Below are positions 15,908 through 24,000 of a stretch of DNA of 24,000 bases, piece by piece. This stretch comes from Rhodospirillaceae bacterium (GTDB taxonomy: Bacteria; Pseudomonadota; Alphaproteobacteria; Rhodospirillales; JABHCV01), in NCBI GenBank assembly GCA_013204045.1, contig JABMOQ010000007.1, positions 58,817-82,816 of the forward strand. The letters run 5' to 3'. The translations under genes were made by a program, and so were the position numbers. The stretch's first letter is position 1. Every line of letters begins with the position of its first letter. The notes under the pieces are model-generated. The model was not told the DNA's origin. It was given only the letters and a program-made list of their open reading frames with translations, and ran no database searches.

Positions 15908-17782
15908 ATGCTGCATATCAATGACCTGACATACCGCATCGGCGGGCGGACTCTGTTCGACAAAGCCTCGATCGCCATTCCGGCCGGTCACAAGGCCGGG
16001 CTGGTCGGCCGCAACGGTACCGGCAAGACCACATTGTTCCGGTTGATTCTGGGCGACCTGGCCGCCGACGATGGCAGCCTAAACGTACGCCCCAGGATGC
16101 GGATCGGCACCGTCGCCCAGGAAGCGCCGTCGGGCGCGCAAAGCCTGCTGGACAGCGTGCTGGCCGCCGATACGGAACGCTCGGGCCTGCTCATCGAGGC
16201 CGAAACCGCCCATGATCCGACCCGCATTGCCGATATACACACCCGCCTGGCCGATATTGACGCCCACACGGCCCCGGCCCGCGCCGCCGCCATTCTGGCC
16301 GGGCTTGGCTTCGACGACGCGGCGCAAGGACGACCCTGCTCGGAATTTTCCGGTGGCTGGCGTATGCGTGTGGCCCTTGCCGCGGTGCTGTTTTCGGCCC
16401 CCGACCTGTTGTTGCTGGATGAGCCGACCAACCACCTGGACCTGGAAGCCACCATGTGGCTGGAAAGCTATCTGGCAGCATGGCCTGGCACCCTGCTGGT
16501 GATCAGCCACGACCGCACCCTGCTGAATGTGGCGGTTGATGAAATCGTTCATTTGCAGGCGCAGAAGATGACCCGTTACGCCGGTGGCTATGATCGCTTC
16601 GAAAATACCCGACGCGAACGGCTGGCCAACGAATCCAAGATGCGCACCAAACAACTGGCTGAACAAAGCCGCATCCAGTCCTTCATCGACCGCTTCAAGG
16701 CCAAGGCGACAAAAGCCAAGCAGGCGCAAAGCCGGGTCAAGATGCTGGAAAAAATGAAACCCATCGCTTCGGTCATGGAAGAACGCACCGTCGAGTTCGA
16801 TTTTCCCACCCCCGACGCCCTGCCGCCGCCGCTGATCACCCTGGATGCCGCCGTCGCCGGCTACGAAGAAGGCAACCCCATATTGCAGGGCCTCAACCAG
16901 CGCATCGACATGGACGACCGCATCGCCCTGATCGGCGCCAACGGCAATGGCAAATCGACCCTGGTCAAGCTGCTCTCGGACCGCTTGCAACCCATGGCTG
17001 GTAAAATCATCAAGTCGTCAAAATTACGGGTCGGCTATTTTGCCCAGCACCAGACCGAAGAGCTCAACGTCGCCTCGACGCCCTTTCAGGAAATGGCCAG
17101 CCGCATGCCCAGCGCCCCCGAACACCGGGTCCGGGCGCAGTTGGGACGCTTCGCCTTCGGCTCGGATTTGGCCGACAATGCCATCGCAAAACTTTCCGGT
17201 GGCGAGAAGGCGCGGCTGTTGTTCGCGCTGATGACCATCGACAAGCCCCATATCCTGCTTCTCGACGAGCCGACCAACCATCTGGATGTGGATTCACGGG
17301 AAGCGCTGGTCCACGCGCTGAACGCCTACGAAGGCGCCGTTATCCTGGTCAGCCATGATCCGCACCTGGTCGAACTGGTGGCCGACCGGTTGTGGCTGGT
17401 CGATAAAGGCGGCTGCGCCCCCTTCGACGGGGATCTGGGAGATTATCGCCAATACCTGCTCGATGCCCGCCGCGGTGGGCGCGCCGAAAAGAACAAAAAC
17501 GGCGGCGGCAAGGTCAACCGCAAACAGGCCCGCAAGGAACGGGCCGAGGCGCGGGCCAATTCAACGGACCAGCGCGGCGCCGCCAAGGCGGCCGAAAAAA
17601 ATCTGGAAAAGCTGGAGAAAAAAAAGGCCGATCTGGAAGCAAAGCTCGCCGACCCGAAAGTCTATGAGGGCTCGACCGCCGGGCTGATGGAATTGCAGGT
17701 CAAACTCAGCGACATCAAAAGCCAACTGGCCAAGGCCGAGGAAGCGTGGCTGGCGGCCGAGGAAAAGATCGCCAAAGCATAG
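15908..17782 (+). CDS. ABC-F family ATPase (two ABC domains plus a charged C-terminal coiled coil)
   Basis: Two Walker A motifs (GRNGTGKTT, GANGNGKST) and two LSGG signatures (FSGGWRMR, LSGGEKAR) are present. There is an inter-domain linker and no TM segments. The ORF is 624 aa. Confidence 0.93.
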   Translation: MLHINDLTYRIGGRTLFDKASIAIPAGHKAGLVGRNGTGKTTLFRLILGDLAADDGSLNVRPRMRIGTVAQEAPSGAQSLLDSVLAADTERSGLLIEAETAHDPTRIADIHTRLADIDAHTAPARAAAILAGLGFDDAAQGRPCSEFSGGWRMRVALAAVLFSAPDLLLLDEPTNHLDLEATMWLESYLAAWPGTLLVISHDRTLLNVAVDEIVHLQAQKMTRYAGGYDRFENTRRERLANESKMRTKQLAEQSRIQSFIDRFKAKATKAKQAQSRVKMLEKMKPIASVMEERTVEFDFPTPDALPPPLITLDAAVAGYEEGNPILQGLNQRIDMDDRIALIGANGNGKSTLVKLLSDRLQPMAGKIIKSSKLRVGYFAQHQTEELNVASTPFQEMASRMPSAPEHRVRAQLGRFAFGSDLADNAIAKLSGGEKARLLFALMTIDKPHILLLDEPTNHLDVDSREALVHALNAYEGAVILVSHDPHLVELVADRLWLVDKGGCAPFDGDLGDYRQYLLDARRGGRAEKNKNGGGKVNRKQARKERAEARANSTDQRGAAKAAEKNLEKLEKKKADLEAKLADPKVYEGSTAGLMELQVKLSDIKSQLAKAEEAWLAAEEKIAKA

Positions 17783-17786
17783 CCAT

Positions 17787-17813
17787 AAAAAAGGCCCGCC
17801 CCGAAGGCGGACC
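17787..17813 (-). terminator. rho-independent terminator for the cupredoxin gene (read on the minus strand: GGTCCGCC-ttcgg-GGCGGGCC-TTTTTT)
   Basis: The stem is 8 bp with one mismatch. The T6 run lies on the minus strand. It sits between the convergent ABC-F and cupredoxin genes. Confidence 0.6.
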
Positions 17814-17841
17814 TTAAATATGCAGGAACTTCGAAAACCCA

Positions 17842-18357
17842 CTAGTTCATAATCATGATGTCGCCCTTCATGCCGCCTTCGTAGTGGCCGGGGACGTTGC
17901 AGGCAAACTCGATCATTCCGGAGCCGGCAAATTTCCAGGTCAGCTCCTTGGTTTCAAGTTCCCCAACGGAAACAGAGTTGGGCACGGCCATTTCCATGGA
18001 ATCGCCATGATCTGCCTGCATCGCCATCATCTTGCGATCGGCGGCCTGCATTTCAGCGGTGCCGAGGGTGAATTCATGCTCGGTTTCGTCCTTGTTGACG
18101 ATGATAAAACGGATGACCTCGCCATTCTTGACCTTCAGGTCTTTAAGGTCATAGGCCGAATCTTCAATGGTGACGGTGATGGTTCTGGACGCCATGGAGG
18201 CCATACCGGCTTCGCCGAAGGTGATTTCTTCTCCACCATGGCCGCCCATGTCCATGCCTTCCATGCCCCCCATATCGCCGTGTTCACCGCCTGAACAGGC
18301 GGCAACCACAAGCGACAGCGCCGCTGCCCCGAAAACCGATAAATATCTGCTGCTCAT
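17842..18357 (-). CDS. cupredoxin-fold copper-binding lipoprotein with a Met/His-rich segment (CopI-like)
   Basis: GGGAGGG lies about 8 nt upstream of the ATG at 18357. The track's upstream extension to 18402 lacks an SD. A lipobox is present (LVVAAC|SGG). The Met/His-rich stretch is GEHGDMGGMEGMDMGGHGGE. Type-1 Cu ligands are H (TEHEF) and C-x4-H-x4-M (CNVPGHYEGGM). Confidence 0.8.
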   Translation of the reverse strand: MSSRYLSVFGAAALSLVVAACSGGEHGDMGGMEGMDMGGHGGEEITFGEAGMASMASRTITVTIEDSAYDLKDLKVKNGEVIRFIIVNKDETEHEFTLGTAEMQAADRKMMAMQADHGDSMEMAVPNSVSVGELETKELTWKFAGSGMIEFACNVPGHYEGGMKGDIMIMN

Positions 18358-18462
18358 TAGTTCTTCCCTCCCGTGATTATACTGATGACGGGCATCGTGC
18401 ACCTTCCCGGTGCTGGAATGTCAAGGATTGAACCGACAGAAATCGCCCATTACGATTAATGG

Positions 18463-19191
18463 ATGATCGAAGTCAAAGCCCTGAAGAAGTCATTCCGTGC
18501 CATTACTGCCCTCGACGGTATTGATTTCGTCGCCCGCGACGGCCAGGTCACCGGCCTGATCGGCCCCAATGGGGCGGGCAAGACGACGGCGCTGCGCATC
18601 ATCTATTCGGTGATGCGCCCGAACGGCGGATCGGTGCATGTGGACGGATACGATGCCACCCGGGAACGCCGCCGGGTGCAGCAACGGATCGGCGTTTTGC
18701 CCGATGGCCGTGGCCTGTATCCGCGGTTGACGGCGCGGGAACACATTCGCTACTTCGGCCGCCTGCACGGCCTCGGCGGCAATGATCTTGAACAACGCAT
18801 GGGCCATCTCGCCGATGTCCTTGGCATGGAAGAATTTATCGACCGCCGGGCCAAGGGATTTTCCAAGGGCCAAACCCGCAAGGTGGCTCTGGCCCGGGCC
18901 CTGGTTCATGAACCCCACAACCTTTTGCTCGACGAGCCGACCAATGGACTCGACATCGACAGTTCGCGTTCGGTGCACCGGTTGATCCGATCCATCCGCG
19001 ATCAGGGCCGCTGCGTGCTGTTCTGTTCGCACATCATGTCCGAGGTCGCCAGGATATGTGACCGCATTGTGGTCATCGCCCACGGCCGTATCGCCGCCGA
19101 AGGTACGGTGCCTGAACTGATGGCGGCGACGGGGCAGGATAATCTGGAAGATGTGATGCTGGCGCTCACCGGCAGCAAAGAGGGGGCCTAG
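18463..19191 (+). CDS. ABC transporter ATP-binding protein (NatA/ABC-2 type)
   Basis: The 242-aa ORF has Walker A (GPNGAGKTT), an FSKGQTRKV signature variant, and Walker B (LLLDEPTNGLD). Confidence 0.9.
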   Translation: MIEVKALKKSFRAITALDGIDFVARDGQVTGLIGPNGAGKTTALRIIYSVMRPNGGSVHVDGYDATRERRRVQQRIGVLPDGRGLYPRLTAREHIRYFGRLHGLGGNDLEQRMGHLADVLGMEEFIDRRAKGFSKGQTRKVALARALVHEPHNLLLDEPTNGLDIDSSRSVHRLIRSIRDQGRCVLFCSHIMSEVARICDRIVVIAHGRIAAEGTVPELMAATGQDNLEDVMLALTGSKEGA

Positions 19192-19193
19192 AT

Positions 19194-20372
19194 ATGTGGC
19201 GGCGCATTTCCATCGTGCTTAATAAAGAAGTTATCGACAACGCCCGCGACCGCCGCTCGTTGCTGATGGCGCTGATCTATCCGCTGATGGGGCCTTTGCT
19301 TCTGGCGCTGATGATTTATGCCATCGACAAAGTCGTCGTCACCGGCGGGGCCGATAATTCACTCACCCTGCATATCCAGGGCGCAGAACACGCCCCTGAG
19401 TTGATCAATTGGCTCAGCGCCCACGGGCACACGGTCATCCCGGCCCCGGCCGACGCCGAGGCCGCGGTTCGTGACGGCGACATCGAGGTCGCCATCGTTA
19501 TCCCGGCAACTTTCGAAGATATGTTTGTGGCCGAAACAACCGCCCCGATTTCGGTCCTGGTCAACACGTCGCGGTTAACCGGCCTGATCACCATTAACCG
19601 GGTCGGCTCCATACTCAGCAGTTTCAATACGGAAATATGGGGCCAGCGTATTGCCCGTAAGGGTGTCGCTTTCCGCAGCCTGCAACCGCTAGACGTCAAT
19701 CATGTCAATGTCTCGTCGGGAACCCATATCGCCGACATCCTGCTGATCATGGTGCCGCCGCTTTTCATCTTTAACCTGTTCATGGGCGGCACCTACCTCG
19801 CCATCGACACCACCTCCGGCGAGCGCGAACGGGGGTCGCTGGAACCCCTGCTGATAAATCCCATCGAGCGATGGGAGCTGGTCGGCGGCAAGTTCCTGGC
19901 GGCGCTTTTTTATACCGCCATCGCCGTGTTGGTGCAGTTGCTGGCCCTCAAGGGGGCGTTCAGCCTTGGCGGTGGTGAGAATTTAAGTTTCAACCGCACC
20001 CTGAGCTGGCAGGCGATTTTCAACATCATGGTGTTGACCCTGCCGCTGATGATGGCCGCCGTTTCGGTGCAGTTCATCATCGCCACCATGACCCGCAGCT
20101 TCAAAGAGGCGCAGACCTATTTGGGATTGTTGCCGCTGGTGCCGGCGATCCCCGGCATGCTGCTGGTCTATGCGCCGGTCAAGGCCGAGGCCTGGATGAT
20201 GTCGATCCCGACCTTCTCGCAGACCTTGTTGTTGGGTGAAGTGCTGCGCGGTGATCCGCTGCCCATGCTCCACGTCGCCCTGTCCATGGCGACGACGCTG
20301 GCCCTGGCCATGGTGTTGCTGTTCATCGCCACGCGGCTGTATGAACGCGAGGAACTGATTTTCGGATCTTAG
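19194..20372 (+). CDS. ABC-2 family permease (NatB-like) with a large extracytoplasmic loop
   Basis: The 392-aa ORF has one N-terminal TM segment, a soluble loop of about 130 aa, then multiple TM segments. It starts 2 nt after the ATPase gene. Confidence 0.8.
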   Translation: MWRRISIVLNKEVIDNARDRRSLLMALIYPLMGPLLLALMIYAIDKVVVTGGADNSLTLHIQGAEHAPELINWLSAHGHTVIPAPADAEAAVRDGDIEVAIVIPATFEDMFVAETTAPISVLVNTSRLTGLITINRVGSILSSFNTEIWGQRIARKGVAFRSLQPLDVNHVNVSSGTHIADILLIMVPPLFIFNLFMGGTYLAIDTTSGERERGSLEPLLINPIERWELVGGKFLAALFYTAIAVLVQLLALKGAFSLGGGENLSFNRTLSWQAIFNIMVLTLPLMMAAVSVQFIIATMTRSFKEAQTYLGLLPLVPAIPGMLLVYAPVKAEAWMMSIPTFSQTLLLGEVLRGDPLPMLHVALSMATTLALAMVLLFIATRLYEREELIFGS

Positions 20373-20971
20373 ATAAACACCGGCACCAGCGACGCGACCA
20401 GCAACAGGGCCATCACATAATTGAAGATGCGTAAACTGTGCGGGTTATTGATGATGCGCTGCAACCCGTGGCCGAAGCCGACCCAGGTGCCGCTGGAGGC
20501 AACGCCCAATGTTCCGAACAGTGCCGCCGTCAACGCAACGTTAAAAGGGAACTGGGCGACCGCGCCGTAGGCCGATATGGCGCCGACGGCCATCATCCAG
20601 GCCTTGGGGTTGACCCATTGAAAGGCGGCGGCCTGCATAAACGTGATCGGTTTGCCATCCGCTGCCACGTCTGTCTTCAGGGGGCCGGCGTTGGCGATGC
20701 GCCACGCCAGATACAAAAGATAAGCCGCCCCGCCGTATTTCAAGATGGTGTATAGAACCGGCAGCGCCTCGAACACGGCACCAAGGCCCAGGCCCACACC
20801 CAGCACCATGACCGTGAAGCCAACGGCGACCCCGAACAAATGGGGAAGCGCCCGCCGGAACCCGAAGTTGAGGCCCGATGTCATTAACATAATATTGTTG
20901 GGGCCGGGCGTGAACAGGGTGACCACGCAAAAGGCGGCGAGCGCCAGCAAAAGATCCGATTCTGGAATCAT
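20369..20971 (-). CDS. LysE/RhtB family amino-acid exporter
   Basis: The 200-aa ORF has six-TM-like hydrophobicity and the N-terminal motif TPGPNN..L..SG. Its stop codon overlaps the stop of the convergent permease gene. Confidence 0.9.
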   Translation of the reverse strand: MIPESDLLLALAAFCVVTLFTPGPNNIMLMTSGLNFGFRRALPHLFGVAVGFTVMVLGVGLGLGAVFEALPVLYTILKYGGAAYLLYLAWRIANAGPLKTDVAADGKPITFMQAAAFQWVNPKAWMMAVGAISAYGAVAQFPFNVALTAALFGTLGVASSGTWVGFGHGLQRIINNPHSLRIFNYVMALLLVASLVPVFI

Positions 20972-20984
20972 CGATCAGACTCCC

Positions 20985-21440
20985 CTACCCGGCGACCATT
21001 TCCGACCAGCCGCCGGTTTCCGTCTGCTGCAGGTATTTAAGAGTGTGCCCGGCTTCCTTGTAGGCCGTCCAGCGCATCCGGGCGGCGGCCACTTGCGCCC
21101 CGTCGTTGCCGTCAAAAATTTCGAAGCAACGCTCGAATCCGGAAACGTCGGCCGCCGTCGCCCCATCTGTCAGAAATACGAAGTCGGCCTGGTTGGGGCT
21201 TTCATCGGTTGCCGTCAGCCACAGGGGTTGATCTTCAGGCCGCCCGTCCTTCTTTGTTCCGTGGGGCAGCCATGAGCCCTGATCGTAGGCCCACAACACG
21301 GCGGCCAGTTGCTCGGCGCGGGCGTCCGACCCGGTCATGACGACCGCCCGCTTGCCCGCCCCAAGGGTTTTTTCCAGCAGTTTCGGCAACGCCTTTTCAA
21401 GCGGCCAGTGCTGCAGGTGATAGAACGAAACCTGGGTCAC
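20985..21440 (-). CDS. holC: DNA polymerase III chi subunit
   Basis: The protein starts (V)TQVSFYHLQHWPLEKALPKLLEKTL..GKR.VV and is about 151 aa. The GTG at 21440-21438 forms a GTGA overlap with the pepA stop. The track's upstream extension to 21563 lies inside pepA and is Arg-rich. Confidence 0.85.
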   Translation of the reverse strand: MTQVSFYHLQHWPLEKALPKLLEKTLGAGKRAVVMTGSDARAEQLAAVLWAYDQGSWLPHGTKKDGRPEDQPLWLTATDESPNQADFVFLTDGATAADVSGFERCFEIFDGNDGAQVAAARMRWTAYKEAGHTLKYLQQTETGGWSEMVAG

Positions 21441-22936
21441 TTCTCGTAGTGATCGGCAACCAGCCGGTCGAGCAGACGCACACCGAAGGCGGTACCGCCC
21501 TTGGGCACGGTCGGTGCATCCTTGGCCGACCAGGTGACGCCGGCGATGTCCAGATGCGCCCACGGGGTCTTGCCCACATAGCGCTTCAGAAACTGCGCCG
21601 CGGTGGTCGATCCGGCGCCGCGCCCGTCACCGACATTTTTCATGTCGGCAACATCACAGTTGATCATCTTGTCATAAACGTCAGCCAGCGGCATCCGCCA
21701 CAGGCCCTCGCCGACGTCCTCGCCGGCCTTGAACAAACGGTTCGCCAGTAGGTCGTTGTTGGAAAACAGGCCGGCCTTTTCATGGCCCAGGCAGACGATG
21801 ATGGCGCCGGTCAGGGTCGCAAGATTGACCATGAATTTCGGCTTGAAACGTTCCTTGGTGTACCAAAGCGCATCGGCCAGAACCAGGCGGCCTTCGGCGT
21901 CCGTGTTGATGACTTCGATGGTCTGTCCCGACATGGATGTGACCACGTCGCCGGGCCGCTGGGCCGAACCGGAGGGCATGTTCTCGACCAGGCCGACGAC
22001 ACCGACCACATTGACCTTGGCCTTGCGTCCGGCCAGCGCCTTCATCAGACCGATGACCACGCCGGAGCCGGCCATGTCCCATTTCATATCTTCCATGCCG
22101 CCGGAGGGCTTGATGGAAATACCGCCGGTATCGAAGGTGACTCCCTTGCCGACGAAGGCGATGGGGGCTTCTTTCTTTTTCTTGGGGTTCCCGGTCCACT
22201 GCATGATCACCATTTTCGGCGACCGTACCGACCCCTGGGCGACGCCAAGCAGTGCGCCCATGCCGAGCTTGCGCATCTGCGCCTCGCTCAAGACCTCGAC
22301 CTTGACGCCCAACTTGCTTAAGCCCTGGGCCTGCTTGGCCAGGGTTTCCGGATAGATCACGTTGGCCGGTTCGGACACCAGGTTGCGGGTCATGAACACG
22401 CCATCGGCAACCTTGCCCATGGGCGCGTAGGCCTTCCGGGCGGCGGCGGAATTTTTGCACAAAATATTGATCGCCTTCAGGGTCGGCTTGTCGTGAGCCT
22501 TTTCCTTGGTCCGGTATTTGTCGAACCGGTAGGACCGAAGGACCGCGCCGAAAGCCAGTTCGGCCGCCATGTCGGTCGGCTTCATCTTGCACTTGTCGAT
22601 GCTGTCCATAAGCACCTGCACAGTGCCATGACCTTTTGTCGATAACGCCGCATAAATCAGACCGCCGACGGCCTGCATGCGCTTGGGCGTAATTTCACCG
22701 GGCTTGCCCAGGCCGACCAGCAGTAGCCGTTCATATTTGGTGCCGCCGGGGGCCAGCAGGGTCAGGGAGTGGCCCCGCGAGCCCTTGAAGCGGCTGGCCC
22801 GGATGGCGCGTTTCAGCCCGCCCTTGGTTGCCTTGTCGAGGGCCTTGGCGCTGTTGGAGAGAACGTTGCCATCAAGCACACCGACGACGGCGACTCCGGT
22901 TTTCGGCAAGGTGAGATTGGCGAAGGAAATTTTCAT
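21437..22936 (-). CDS. pepA: leucyl aminopeptidase (M17)
   Basis: The 499-aa ORF contains VGKGVTFDTGGISIKP and NTDAEGRLVLADAL. Confidence 0.97.
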   Translation of the reverse strand: MKISFANLTLPKTGVAVVGVLDGNVLSNSAKALDKATKGGLKRAIRASRFKGSRGHSLTLLAPGGTKYERLLLVGLGKPGEITPKRMQAVGGLIYAALSTKGHGTVQVLMDSIDKCKMKPTDMAAELAFGAVLRSYRFDKYRTKEKAHDKPTLKAINILCKNSAAARKAYAPMGKVADGVFMTRNLVSEPANVIYPETLAKQAQGLSKLGVKVEVLSEAQMRKLGMGALLGVAQGSVRSPKMVIMQWTGNPKKKKEAPIAFVGKGVTFDTGGISIKPSGGMEDMKWDMAGSGVVIGLMKALAGRKAKVNVVGVVGLVENMPSGSAQRPGDVVTSMSGQTIEVINTDAEGRLVLADALWYTKERFKPKFMVNLATLTGAIIVCLGHEKAGLFSNNDLLANRLFKAGEDVGEGLWRMPLADVYDKMINCDVADMKNVGDGRGAGSTTAAQFLKRYVGKTPWAHLDIAGVTWSAKDAPTVPKGGTAFGVRLLDRLVADHYEK

Positions 22937-22954
22937 GTCTCGGCTGTCCTTTAA

Positions 22955-23311
22955 TTACATACTTTTAAGATTGCTCATTCGGTTTTGCCAAATCTCAAGA
23001 TCTTCGATGTCGGCATCGACGTCGTTTTCGTCGATCATTTTCTGGTGCATGGCGATCTGCTCGCTGACGGCGTTACGCACCTCGTCCAATAGTTCTTCAG
23101 AAATATCCTGAATGGTCACCTTGCCATCGAACAGCATGTCGGCGCGGTCCATCATCGACAATTTTTCGATGCGGGCGTCTATTTCGCGCCACTGCTGATA
23201 CCACGAATCATACAGGGCGGATTCCGCCTTAAAGCCGGATTTTTCCATCTGTTCATCCAGATGGCCCATGATCGCCATGAATTCATTTACCGTTAGTGTC
23301 AGGGTGCTCAC
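22955..23311 (-). CDS. hypothetical small acidic protein
   Basis: The ORF is 118 aa with a GTG start preceded by GGAAGGAAAA. It is Asp/Glu-rich and looks predominantly helical. I recognise no motif. GC is somewhat lower than in its neighbours, by eye. Confidence 0.5.
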   Translation of the reverse strand: MSTLTLTVNEFMAIMGHLDEQMEKSGFKAESALYDSWYQQWREIDARIEKLSMMDRADMLFDGKVTIQDISEELLDEVRNAVSEQIAMHQKMIDENDVDADIEDLEIWQNRMSNLKSM

Positions 23312-23388
23312 CGGTTTTCCTTCCCGTTTTTGTCAATAATCAGTCGGCTTGATGTTGAATTTAGCGGCCACGGCCAAGAGAACAAGGA

Positions 23389-24000
23389 TTACTTCGCCTC
23401 GGCTTCAAGCGTGGCCTCCGCTTCGGCCTCCGTCGTCTCGATTGTCTGGATTTTCCTGTCCGAACTCAACAGCCATATAACCCCCCCGGGCAGGCCCATA
23501 ACAAGCCCCCACAGGCCGAACATCAGCGACAGCACCAGCGCCCCTTCGGCGGGTACCCCGATCAGCCCGAAGGCCGTCACCATGGCCCCCTCGCGGATAC
23601 CCCAGCCGGCGATGGATATGGGCAGGGTGGTGATCAGGATCACCGGCGGCACCAGAATCAGGCAATCGAGCCATGTCACATCAAGGCCCAGGGACAACGC
23701 CATCAGGTAAACGGCGAGGGTGATATTGGCATTGCCGACGATGGCCCAGAAAAGGACTTTGATCGTATGGACCGGTTGCAGGAAGACCCGCCGGGTATCG
23801 GCGGCCAGCAGCGCCAGCCCGTGCACGATGCGCCAATGACTGATGCGGGCCGGCAGCCGGTCGAGGAACATCAGCACCCCCAGCCCGGCGACCCCGACGA
23901 GGCCGATGGTGGTGACCGCCGGGGCGATCCAGGCGGCGTCCGCCGCGCCGACCCTTTCGATAAAGAAAGGCGTGGCACAGACCACCAGGATAATCAGGCC
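23389..24000 (-). CDS. flippase-like / lysylphosphatidylglycerol-synthase TM-region family membrane protein, C-terminal part (gene continues past the right edge)
   Basis: This is a polytopic hydrophobic ORF with LPISIAGWGIREGAMVTAFGLIGV, which resembles the P..pgG.G..E motif of the UPF0104/LPG_synthase_TM family. The frame remains open to the window end. Confidence 0.6.
   Translation of the reverse strand, partial: GLIILVVCATPFFIERVGAADAAWIAPAVTTIGLVGVAGLGVLMFLDRLPARISHWRIVHGLALLAADTRRVFLQPVHTIKVLFWAIVGNANITLAVYLMALSLGLDVTWLDCLILVPPVILITTLPISIAGWGIREGAMVTAFGLIGVPAEGALVLSLMFGLWGLVMGLPGGVIWLLSSDRKIQTIETTEAEAEATLEAEAK

Noticed and set aside
15886-15916. Near-duplicate CGCCCATGCT(A/G)CAT copies around the ABC-F start codon, giving a second ATG at 15891
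   Set aside because: The upstream ATG is out of frame and terminates after 12 codons. This may be a short uORF or a chance duplication, and there is not enough evidence for a call.
16079-16990. 303-aa minus-strand ORF antisense to the ABC-F gene, along with other nested ORFs in 15988-17297
   Set aside because: These are high-GC shadow ORFs with low-complexity Gly/Arg/Gln composition. The plus-strand gene has complete ABC motifs.
20369-20372. Overlapping stop codons of the convergent permease and LysE genes with no terminator between them
   Set aside because: This is compact convergent gene packing, which is not rare, and there is nothing further to interpret from sequence alone.
17842-20372. 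Cupredoxin gene plus the NatAB-like ABC pair considered as a Nos-like or copper-export system
   Set aside because: The only link is divergent adjacency. No NosD/NosL-like genes and no metal-binding motifs are present in the ABC components.
21729-22592. Long alternative-frame ORFs inside pepA (21729..22355 +, 21782..22321 +, 21780..22592 -)
   Set aside because: pepA carries the M17 signature motifs in its own frame. The alternative frames are Arg/Pro/Gly-rich GC artefacts.
1-24000. Search by eye for CRISPR arrays, tRNA/rRNA genes, transposase or integrase genes and long inverted repeats
   Set aside because: I found none. The only repeat structures are the short direct repeats at the islet ends and the hairpins listed above.

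Overview
This is high-GC chromosomal DNA with an alphaproteobacterial-looking gene set and order (inference from gene content only). It is mostly housekeeping genes: ppk (partial), hdaA, an AI-2E transporter gene, pgsA, a DUF2066 gene, purM, purN, cspA, a DEAD-box helicase gene, ndk, an ABC-F ATPase gene, a NatAB-like ABC pair, a LysE exporter gene, holC and pepA. Three regions stand out. (1) A clearly AT-rich segment of 2595 bp (9116-11710) sits in the divergent DUF2066/purM intergenic region. It is bounded by a 16/17-nt direct repeat, ACAGCCCCAGATAA(A)GT. It carries a tightly coupled three-gene operon: an unknown 252-aa protein, an unknown helical 159-169-aa protein and a 260-aa HNH nuclease. 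No integrase, methyltransferase, ATPase or other partner that I can recognise is present. This is my best candidate for an undescribed defence or abortive-infection-type system on a small islet. (2) A soluble chemoreceptor gene with two PAS domains (2739-4241) ends in an A9 run that forms an in-frame A_AAA_AAG heptamer directly before its stop codon. The -1 frame then encodes a Pro/Ala linker and a complete VHb/flavohemoglobin-type globin domain that has no start codon of its own. This points to recoding, transcriptional slippage, a homopolymer sequencing error or a recent frameshift. (3) A divergent CDGSH Fe-S protein / ferredoxin-NAD(P) reductase / truncated hemoglobin operon (2369-659) lies next to that receptor, making a heme and redox sensing neighbourhood. 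I saw no rRNA, tRNA, CRISPR array or transposase. All calls come from reading the sequence and ORF translations by eye. No database search or computation was possible.
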